A stretch of 64,000 nucleotides of DNA from Octopus vulgaris (Eukaryota): contig OX597822.1 in the NCBI GenBank assembly GCA_951406725.2, positions 72,292,001 to 72,356,000 on the forward strand, in the 5' to 3' direction. The notes under the pieces were generated by a model that was not told the origin of the DNA, ran no database searches, and saw nothing but the letters and a program-made list of their open reading frames with translations. Below are positions 52,415 through 64,000 of the stretch, piece after piece. Numbering within the stretch: the first letter of the stretch is position 1; each line of letters begins with the position of its first letter. A program made the translations under genes and the position numbers.

Positions 52415-52532
52415 GTATGTATATATGTATATATATGTATATATATATATGTATATATATATGTATATATATACATACATATATGTACGCATATATATAC
52501 ATACATATATGTACGCACATATATATATATAT
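52238..52532. repeat. Compound (TA)n/(TATG)n array
   Basis: Direct reading. Confidence 0.95.
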
Positions 52533-54007
52533 GCTCACGTGTCTATAAAAGTATAAATACATATGCTTGTGTGCAGGTATATGGTGCACATAAAAGAGGA
52601 ACTCGTACTGTGTATATTTATGTGCTTCACAGACATGCGCGTGCGCGCACCCCCTTCCAAACACACATACACTCTAAAATATGAATATTTACACATATAT
52701 CTCTCAAAAATAACAATAGACACTTTTTATTACAATCTTAGACAAGAATTCACGGGTCTTTTAACTTTACCAATGGCCCCATACTGGTCCCACAACACTA
52801 GTTGCAAATAATACAATCTTTAAGATTTGGAACACTTCCAAGTACTGTCTGACATTCTAGCTGCAATCACTTCAGCTAGAATCTTGGTATATTGATAATT
52901 TGTAATTAACCAATAATCAATATTGATCGCAATTTGGTCCAACCCCCCAGGATATCAGTGTTTGTAATAAGAACGCTGTTTCATCAATATATTTCTGATA
53001 TTCAAAACCCTGTGTAAATGTTCTGAGTTGCAGGAAGTAGGAGAAATGTATTAAAAACCTCTTCTAGCAATTTAGAAACACGTTGTTTCATATCTTCTTC
53101 ATGATATTATTAGGATGTGAGTACAGTTTAATATAAATAATTGTTCTTGTCGAGACGATTCTGAGATTTTTTGTCACAGTTTTAAATATTTACCCACGTT
53201 TGTTTGTGTTTTATGAATCTAATGTCTTGTAGCTACGTAAGAACCAGTGAGTCAGTATATCCCATCTCTTATAATGATGTCACAAAGCAGCAGATAGAAC
53301 AATTATACATTCTTGTTATCACCAAGCATTTATTATTATTTACAATTTCATGTCAACCCTGATTGAGCAGACTTAGGATCAAACTATTCTCAGCCCCGTC
53401 CGTCTTCAGTGGGGCATCTGAAGAGTGTATCACTAGAAGAACCCTTGAGTTCGCATCCCCCCACCCCCACTTGACTCCACCAAGCCTACAGGCTTATATA
53501 GCAAAATTGCTACCCACATAACAGCGTTACTCGGGGTGAAACGCCCGTCTGTTCACCTCTAGCTATACAACTGACCGTTCCGTAATTTTTTTTATATACA
53601 TTGCCCAATGCATCCATCTTTAGGATAGTAGGGTGGGATTAACAGAAAATATTTCTAACAGATCAGGAGATAATTTATAAGCCGTTTCATTAACTTGTCA
53701 GCATTCTGTCTGGTACGTGTCTCATTGGGCACGTATAAATGGAAAATATAAAAAAAAACGTACTGTTCTGCCACTTCTAAAATGAGTTATACTGTTGAGA
53801 ACTTGCTCATTGCAAACTATATTCCATTGTTTGCATGTATGAGTTGTTTCTCTTCCTGTCAACCCTACAATGGCACTTGCTCCAAACAGTATATATTCAA
53901 CTTGACATTTCTGGAAGAATACTTGCACAACATTAGATTATAAAGGGTCATTCGCAGTTTGGACGATTACATCGTGTAACATAGATTACGTTCTTAATTA
54001 TGTATCA

Positions 54008-54149
54008 AGCGTGGCTGTGTGGTAAGAACCTCATGGTTCTGAGTCCAGTCTCATTGCGTGGCACCTTGGGAAAGTGACCTCTACTATAATCTCGGGCCAA
54101 CCAAAGCCTTGTGAGTAGATTTGACAGACGGAAACTGAAAGAACTCGCC

Positions 54150-54243
<94 letters not shown>

Positions 54244-54257
54244 GCGCACACACACAC

Positions 54258-54330
<73 letters not shown>

Positions 54331-54752
54331 TATATAATTCCAAAAGTTTTTTTTATTCTCTCTTTGTTTATTTCCTCGTGTTCCTTTCTGTTGAAGAGCA
54401 TAGGATCGAAACGAAAAGCACTTTCTCACCTTCCCAAGTGTCAAACTAATACACCTGCTTGCTGTTTATACACCTGTCTTCGTCTTTTGTTTTTCTGTAA
54501 ATTTCAACTACGTGTGTGGATGTGTGTGTGTGTATCTTTGCGCCTCTGTTTGTCCCCCAACCACCGTTTGACAATTTGATAACCGGTGTTGGTGTTTACG
54601 TCCACTTCATCTAGCGGTTCAGCAAAACAGACCGATAGAACAAGCACCAGGTTTTAAAAGAAGTTAATACAGGGGTCGATTTATTCGACTAAAAATTCTT
54701 CAAGCTGGTGCCCTTGCATCGCTGCAGTCCAATGACTAAAACAGGTAAAAGT
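54008..54752 (+). mobile_element. SINE family C with an expanded internal microsatellite containing a second insert (54340-54510)
   Basis: Head at 54008-54148 and tail at 54545-54752. The insert is homologous to 8020-8133. Confidence 0.8.
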
Positions 54753-54764
54753 TACCATAATTAC

Positions 54765-54818
<54 letters not shown>

Positions 54819-56267
54819 GCGCGCGCACACACACACACATACACACACACCGCAAAGTTAAGTCTCTTTTACGTGTCATCTCTTCGTATAAATAGTAAAA
54901 TTTCAGGATGGCAGTCCGCCATTTCTCCCTTCAAGGGGGATTTTTACCCAATGCATTGTGAACTATCATTTATAGATACAATAAGGTGGCGGCGAACTGG
55001 CAGAATCGCTAACCTGCCGGACAAAATTCTTATTCATATTTCTTCTGTTATTTTATTATTTATTTTAAAAAAATTTAATGATTTTTTTTTATTACGTTTT
55101 GAGTCGAAATATCACCGAGGTCACCGTTCAGGCTCTATAAAATAGAACACCAGTCAGTGTATTCGACTATCTTTCTCTCTCTCTGTGTCATTTCTCGCCT
55201 TCTATCAAAATATGAAATCATTTATAGCAACATTTGTATTCCAGATATCTCGTAACAGTGACACATCATATTTCTCGATGCTCCAAAAAATTGCTTTAAC
55301 TATTTAAGTATGTATACACCCACTGCCCGTTGACTACAGGGTGACGCACTTACTTTCAAAATTCACTCAAGCGTAACAATTACCAACCACATAGTAAACC
55401 TAAATATCAAAAACAAACACTGTTACCGCTTCAATAATTTATTTCAATAATTCATACATTATACACGTTTTCTGCATTTTCCTGCAGCGTTATACTCTCA
55501 CGCACAAACACACAGAGTCGCTATACAAATTATTATTCAGTTATCGTCTGTCAACGAATCAACATACACAAATACACATATCAGAGGTGGCCTTACATAC
55601 CTCGTTTTAGTTTACTTAGTAACAACGAATATTCATTGGTGTAGTTAATAGGCGAGATGTTCTACCGTGTAATGGGAACAATTTGAAGCCATGTGAATAT
55701 TGTGTGAGCGAACACAGAACAAACGTATGGGATCGGAAGCAACAGGTAGAAAATAAGTTAATACAAAGCTACTTCTACTACTATATCGAGATAGAAGCCA
55801 ACATAACACCATGTGTATATAACTGAGTCTATATAGCGTGTAAAATAAGTCAGAATTTCAATCTTATTTGATTGTTAATATGTATTTCATACGATTTGGA
55901 CACGAGAAACCAATATGAAGATATTCGTGTTCGTTAAAGAGAGAGAAATTGTATATTGTTACCTAGTTTTCCTGCTAGTCACTCGTGAAGATTACAAAAA
56001 ACTATAACCTATATATAAAAATATATCGTAATTGCTTTCTTACCAGATGCTGATCCTCGCAATATTCAGACTGGTTTATTTTTGTACTCTTTATACCGTA
56101 TACATTGTAAGTATGCATGTATGTATGTAGGTATGTACGTACGTTTGTATATGAGCGCGTGTCTGTATGAAAATTTTGTCAAGTGATGATGCTAGTTGGA
56201 CAGATACTAAGATGCACTCACACACATAAATGCACACACGTCTTACTATTTATGTATGAATCTTTCT

Positions 56268-56610
56268 GCAGTCACACTGCGTGGCACTTTGGGCAAGTGT
56301 CTTCTACTATAGCCTCGGGCCGACCAAAGCCTTGTGAGTGGATTTGATGGACGGAAACTGAAAGAAGCCCGTTGTATATGTGTGTGTGTGTGTGTGTGTA
56401 TGTTTGTGTGTCTGTTTTTGTCCCCCCAACATCGCTTCACAACCGATCCTGGTGTGTTTACGTCCCCGTAACTTAGTGGTTCGGCAAAAGAGACCGATCG
56501 AATAAGTACTAGGCTTACAAAGAATAAATCCTGGGGTCGATTTGCTCGACTAAATGCGATGCTCCAGCATGGCATGGCCACAGTCAAATGACTGAAGCAA
56601 GTAAAAGAGT
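56268..56610 (+). mobile_element. SINE family C, 5'-truncated
   Basis: Homology to family C. Confidence 0.88.
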
Positions 56611-56852
56611 ATTTATTTACGTATCTTTATACACACATATACGACGTGCTTTCACACTGCTTCTACCAAAGAAATTTACTGAGAAAGCATTGGTCGGCCC
56701 AGCATCATAGCAGAAAACACTCTCCCAAGGTGCTGTGCAGTCGGATTGAACCCCAAACCACGTATTTACAAACCGGGCTTCTTAACGACACAACTATGTG
56801 AGCACTGTCATACAGCAATACCTTCAGCCCAATACAGCCACACATACTCTAA

Positions 56853-57106
56853 AGGGCCGGTTTCCCGGTTTCCTTGGCGTATAGGTTCCCCACCTGAACG
56901 GGACGCCGGTCCGTCGCAGATGAGCTACAAAATACAGGAGGAAAGAGTGAGAGAAAGTTGTAGAGAAAAAGTCAGCAGAAGTTCGCCATTATCTTCTGCC
57001 AGAGTCGCGTGGAGCTTGGGTATTTCGCTCATAAACACACACATCGCCCGGTCTGAGATTCGAACCCGCAAGTCCGCTGCTCTAACCATTAGGTCATGTG
57101 CCTCCA
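56853..57106 (-). mobile_element. SINE family A
   Basis: Reverse-strand homology to 14121-14398. Confidence 0.85.
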
Positions 57107-58416
57107 CCAGATAGCTATTACTAAATACATTTTTTAAAATACACATATTACCTTTCTGCAAAAAGGTGAGTGAAATATTTATATTTACTCCGAAGAATGC
57201 AAAGAATAAAATATTTAACAACCACTGCTTTAGAACTCATAAAAGACACGATATTTGGTTTAAAAGCGTTGAACCAATCACTCCTGTTATCGCTCTCTTC
57301 AAACTTAATAAATCAGATTCACTATCAAAACATTTTCCTGTCAACCCTATTTGTTGTTATTGTCTGAACTATCGAGACAGTTCAGTCGACGGTCAACTAA
57401 GTGTTTCAGCCCGTTTAGCTGATCTATTTTACGCTTTATTTAATTTCTGTTATGCTAATATAGTTATCATCTTTCTCTTCTTTAGCTTTCGCCATGCAGA
57501 TTCTCCTTCACTCTTTACTACACCTTCCCCCCCTCTCTCTCTCTCTTTGCTAAATATTCCATTCTAAAAATATAAGACGCCTTCCTAAAATACGTGTGGA
57601 CTAACGTGCTAATGAGGGAGCCATTAAGCTGTCACTTGAGCAGTTAGAAATATCAGCAGAATCTCCCTCAAATCACACCATACCGTCATGAATAAATGTC
57701 ACATTGGCTAATTATAGACGGAGGTACACAACATTTGAAAATAAAAGATATATTCCCGGCATGACTACTTTTAAGGAAATCTGTTAATCAAGGTTGAAAT
57801 AAGGTTATATAACAAGTAAAGCATCTCACCTAATATAATTGATACTATTTTTATTAATGTTGTTAAAACCTCAGTCAACTTCGGTCGAGAAAAATGAACA
57901 ATGAAAGCTATTCCAACCATGAATACCTCGTCAGTTGATGCTTTGTTTGGGACTACTTAATGAAATGTGTCTTTTCCTTATTACAAGAGGGTAGGGCAAA
58001 TTTAAGAATTTTCTCTGGCTATTTCCAATAGGTCGAGTGACAACGTAAAAGGTCTTTCAATAGTATGTTGATACCAACTCTGCCCCTGTACACGCAGGTA
58101 TATATACCTTGCATACATACGTACATACACACATACATAAATGTACGCACACACTCACTCATACATATACACACATATGCATGGATGCACATACACACGA
58201 ATATAATTAGATGCTTGTGATATTCGAGTATGAGTGAGGAATTAGATAGGGGTTAGGAGTTAGAATGTAGATTTATAAGGTTGTTGGGATTACCTAAGGG
58301 GTACTGTGGAGGGGTACTGTATAGTCTTTTAGGCATTTAGATTTTTGTAGAATTTGAATGTGTGAAAAAAGTGGTGGTTGCACGTGCTTAGTGCCTAATT
58401 ATGTTTATTTAGCAGT

Positions 58417-58968
<552 letters not shown>

Positions 58969-59055
58969 ACTCATGTATGGAAAAATAAAAGTCGCTTTAA
59001 TTTGCGCAAAATTTCAAGCCTTTCTTATTTTCCCTTATATATGTGTGTGTGCTTA

Positions 59056-59097
<42 letters not shown>

Positions 59098-60570
59098 TTT
59101 GTTTACATGCACACACACGCACACACACATATATGTATATATATACATGCGTAGATGCACATAATTTATGGATTTATAGTTAGTTATGTGGGAACATATT
59201 GTGGAATTAGTCAAATCAACACTTGTGCAAAGAAATTTTATCGTTCCGTAGTTCACCGTCCTCAACCAAACCATATGTGTTATTGTGCAGTTTACTACCG
59301 AATGCAAGAAACCATTTAAAAGTTCAACCAATCAGTTGCAACGTGAAGTATTTCTATGACATAAATAGTCATTGACGTAGCTTTTATTGACATCTATGTC
59401 AATAGATTTGATTTTACCTTTTAAATTACTTATAGCTCTTTTTCCTATAATTATTGCTACTTGGGTCTGTATATGTGCTGCCACATTGTTCTTGGCCTGA
59501 TAATCGTTAATATGTTCTCTGAGAGAGGTCTTTTGTCTATTTCATTTTATGAGCACGAAAGAAATGTTAGTGATCGTTATTGTTCTTTATTACCGTTCAA
59601 ATGCCGCCCTTTTCACTTCACCACGAGGTAATATATCTTTACAACTTCGACGCCATCGTTGCGTTTCTTTCTGATGCAAATATTCGGACGAAACTCCGAA
59701 CATGTTACACATGCTTGTTTGGCATTAATATCCAAATAACCATGCTAGGCATCAACTACCCTAACATCACCAGTCTGAGAAGGTTGCTAGAAGTCAAAAA
59801 GCTTTGGTCCAGCTTCTTTGAATAACTCATAACAATAAAATATAAGGTTTGCCTTGATTGATCTGAACTATAGTTAAAGAAGTTGTGTCTCTGCTCTTCC
59901 TGATTTTATTTTTTCTATTTAGTAAAATATCCAAACTGCTTCATGTGTTTTCATTTAAATGGCAGTGTCACTTTATTTGATTACTATTTCTAGAAGGAAG
60001 GTCTTTGCACGAGATTAGCTAGAGATATCGTATCGAATTCAAAAACAAAAACTCTAAAAGAACTAAATTACAGCAACATTCGTCCTAAGCCACGACTGCC
60101 ATGTAATCTTGGTAAACAACCTTTACTCCAAAGTACTGTTGCTGAATATCTCTCGTTGTGAGACTTAAAAATAGTAATTTTCTAAGGTAAAATTACTACT
60201 TGCTTTTATACTAAGTCGATGCCGGTAGTTTATCCAATTCCCTCCGAGATTTAGTTCATGGAATTGAAAAAAACCGCATTATTTATGGGATGATCCTGTA
60301 GATCTAAAGTAACGGAGTGCTATGTTAGCACGTGTAGTATGTATGACGGTTAAGCAATCACATCTAAGAGCGTAATGCTTCGAAATGGATCTTCAAGACC
60401 GCTAGGCTCTTACACATCGTTAACGCAATTTCATTTCTATGGATTATATTTTTTAATTTCTAAAGATAATCCTTTGTTCGATACAAACGAATGAGCAGAG
60501 AGTATACATTCGACGTTATCTATGTGAACATTAGCATTTAAAACTGCATTGCAATATATTAATATATTCT

Positions 60571-60967
60571 GGCGGCGAACTGGCAGAATCGTTAACACGC
60601 CGGGCGAAATGCTTAGCGGTAGTTCGTTTGCCGTTAGGTTCTGAGTTCAAATTCCACCGAGGTCGACTTTGCCTTTTATTCTTTCGGGGTCAATTAAATA
60701 AGTACCAGTTACAACATGGCGTCGACATAATCGACTTAATCCCTTTGTCTGTCCTTGTTTGTCCCTTCTACGTTTAGCCCCCTGTGTGCAATAAATAACT
60801 AAATAAATTAATTAATGATACTGTTAAGGTAGTGTGGCTGGCAGAATCATTAGCATACCGGAAAAAGTGTTTGGTGGCATTTCGTCCGTCTTTACCTTCT
60901 GAGTTCAAATTCCACCGAGGTCAACGTTACCTTTCATCATTTCGGGGTCAATAAAATTAGTACCAGT
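60571..60967 (+). mobile_element. Two family B SINEs (60571-60795 full length; 60827-60967 partial)
   Basis: Homology to family B. Confidence 0.85.
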
Positions 60968-61082
60968 CAAAGATTCTATGTTTTATATCGTTTAATAAGT
61001 TCTATATTTAAGAGATGAGGAATTATGTACATTTTTTACATTTACATTTGACGGATATTTGTCCTCATCTTGTTTGTTGCTA

Positions 61083-61126
61083 ACACAACATTTCGGCTGA
61101 TATACCCTCCAGCCTTCATCAGGTGT
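61083..61126 (-). ncRNA. Minimal type I hammerhead-ribozyme-like motif
   Basis: Minus strand reads ACAC-CTGATGA-A-GGCTG(gagggtatat)CAGCC-GAAA-TGTT-GTGT. Stem I is ACAC/GTGT, stem II is a perfect 5 bp, and both core boxes are present. Confidence 0.55.
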
Positions 61127-61175
61127 CTTGGGAAATTTCGAACCTAGGTTCTCATTCCTAAGGTATTTTTCGATG

Positions 61176-61223
<48 letters not shown>

Positions 61224-62096
61224 TCACTGCCTGGAGTCAAACTCGGAATGTTGGTGTTAGTAACCCGGGCTCTTTACCACTATGCCATATGCCCACTGGC
61301 ATATGGCGTAGTGGTATTAACTTCTGAAGATCATCTTCGGTTCGATGCAAACGAATGAATAGAGATGTGTCGTCTGATAGGGTTTTTTTTATATCTGTAT
61401 AAAAGTTACTCATAAAGAAATCACGCACCAATGGTCACGAGTCTGTTGAAACCAAACCAGTTTTGTTATCTCTCTTAGTTCTTTGTAGTAGAGAAAGTTC
61501 AGTATAATATACTACCAAGTCTATTAAAAGCTTATAAGTCAGTACTGTGCCCCACCTGTGTTAGCTGTGCTACGAAATAACTTTGTAAAGTTATTTCTAT
61601 AGATTTTTTCATAGAAATTAGAGCCAGCACTGAGAGTTACATTTCGTAATGTAAATAATGCGATCAAAGACAGTAAATCAGGTCATGGGTGTACAAACAT
61701 ATCAACATACTGCAGTCAACTTTATATCTACCTTGATGAATTATATGTCGAATACTGAACTCAAACATGGAATACGCTGAACACTCACGTGTGTCCCACA
61801 CTATGTGTACTAAATCTCCTTCAACGCTTAAGAATTTGGCATCGCTCAAGGGGACCAAGTAAAATAACACTAGTAGAAAAAATTGTAATGTCAATAAGAA
61901 AACTGATTTCTAATGAGGCTTCGGGGGGAGAAGTGATATGCACCAGGTCCTTGGTGCTAATAGCATCGCATAATCTTCATGAGCTTATTAGAGTAGTCTG
62001 GTGATGTGGTGCTGTTTCTAAGGGTTGCAAAGAGGCAATTATAATTAATCTCTATAAAGGATGCCAGAACAGATTGTAGTAACTGTATTGTATCAA

Positions 62097-62290
62097 CTTG
62101 TTTCAGTCATTGGACTGCGGCCATGCTGGGGCACCTTCTTGAAGAATTCTTCCCTCCAGTACTTATTTTCTTTTAATCTTTATTTTATCATTCCGTTTTG
62201 CCAAAACGATAAATTACGGGTACATAAGGTCACAACAATAGTTGCCAAAGCGATAATGGGGGGGTCAAACAAGACACAAACACGCACGCA

Positions 62291-62357
<67 letters not shown>

Positions 62358-62520
62358 GAATATATGTACGACAGGCTTCTTTCCATTTCCTTCCACCATA
62401 TCTGGTCGACCCGAAGCTACAATAGAAGACACTAGCCCAAGGTGTCACGCAGTGAGACCGAACACGGAATCATATAGTTAGGAAACAAGCTTCTTACCAA
62501 GCAACCACGCCCGCACCTAT
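62097..62520 (-). mobile_element. SINE family C, diverged
   Basis: Homology to family C. Confidence 0.75.
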
Positions 62521-62646
62521 AGAAGTATTGTTTTATTATCTGCCAGAACGAATCTTCTTGGCTGCGTGTACGAATTGAAAATCTTCATGTATCATACTTT
62601 TGCTTCCGTCCAGTTGAGAACAATGGATATGATTTTCACAGTAATT

Positions 62647-63005
62647 ATAGGCTGTGTGGTAAGTAGCTTGCTTACCAACAACATGGTTCCAGATACAGTC
62701 CCACTGCATGGCACTTTGGGCAAGTGTCTTCTACTATAATCTCGGGCCGACCAAAGCCTTGTGAGTGGATTTGGTAGACGGAAACTGAAAAGAAGCCCGT
62801 CGTATATATGTATATATATATATATACACCATTGGTGGTGTGTTTACATCCCCGTATCTTAGCGGTGGTTCGGCAAAACAGACCGAAAGAATACCGATAG
62901 GGTTACAAAGAAGAATCCTGGGTTCGAGTTGCTCGATTAAAGCCGGTGCTACAGCATAGCCGCAGTCAAATGACTGAAACAAGTAAAATCGAGTAAAAGA
63001 GAGTA
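62647..63005 (+). mobile_element. SINE family C
   Basis: Homology to family C. Confidence 0.85.
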
Positions 63006-63949
63006 AGACAACTGCAAGAGAGGGTCTACGAGCAGAACATAAAAGATCTCGTACACATTTTCATTTAATTAACGAAGCCTTTAATGCTGTGAGTACGATA
63101 ATCCTGTGGGGAAACACCTTACAATTCTGCTTCTTTAAATTCTCATACCAACATTAAAGTCATTTTGCAATGAAATTAAGTCATAGGACAATGTGGGAGG
63201 AACCCAAGAAAGGTGGTAACGTTACCCAACACTATTTTCCTGTTGCTCTATGTCCCAATTCTCTCAATCTCCACCTCTATCTTATTAGCTTTCCTTCCTT
63301 CTTTCTTTCACTTCCTCTTTTCACCTCATTCGGTTTATCTCTCTCTCTATGTATGTATGTATGTATGTATGTATGTATGTATGTATGTATGTATGTATGT
63401 ATGTATGTATGTATGTATGTATGTATCTATCTATCTATCTATATATCTATCCGCATACATACAAACACCCATTATATATGTACGTGAATTGTTTAAGAGA
63501 GACTGTAGCGACAACTTCAAAAGAATACACACATACATACACACACACACACACACAAACACACACAAACACATGCACACCCATACATATATATTCGTAT
63601 GTGTATGTATGCTTGAATGTATCACCAAAACCCTGAAGAGAGCCTTACCATTATTTGAAACTAAGATTATGCTACATTAATGGAAGATACGCACGTAAAT
63701 ATGTCTGCTAGCGTGGATAGAGTTGTAAGTGACTTTATCTCGAAAGGTTAGAAAATCTAAAGAACTATAATTCCTGTGTATAATTTTTTGTTATATACTG
63801 CCGCTGTATGGTTATGAGACAACTCATAATCTCACACACAGACACACACAGACACACACACAAATGCATAAATATATGTATATATATATATATGTATTTG
63901 TACAAATATATAAATGCACAAATATATATATATATATATATATATACAA

Positions 63950-64000
<51 letters not shown>

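Overview
AT-rich eukaryotic genomic DNA, dense in microsatellites and SINEs. The repeat landscape looks like an octopus (coleoid cephalopod) genome, which is an inference from remembered repeat families. The only well-supported host gene is an alpha7-type nicotinic acetylcholine receptor subunit on the minus strand. Two of its exons are visible: 140 bp at 10024-10163 and 45 bp at 858-902. Their sizes, phases and sequence match CHRNA7 and insect nAChR alpha6 exons 2 and 3. The first (signal-peptide) exon cannot be assigned securely, and several candidates are listed. The rest is intron or flank. It holds three tRNA-derived SINE families (called A, B and C here), a young 5'-truncated CR1/L2-group LINE with an uninterrupted RT frame, R4/Dong-like RLE retrotransposon tails, a Penelope-like RT remnant, Tc1/mariner relics and long (TA)n-type arrays. 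Best second-look items: (1) a LINE and SINE family C share a 3' tail whose hairpin shows compensatory base changes; (2) several hammerhead-ribozyme-like motifs sit in microsatellite-flanked Penelope-like inserts; (3) nested long inverted repeats and inverted SINE pairs could form ADAR substrates; (4) a GC-rich repeat is phase-compatible with being a poly-Ala/hydrophobic exon of the receptor. Repeat boundaries were read by eye and are approximate.
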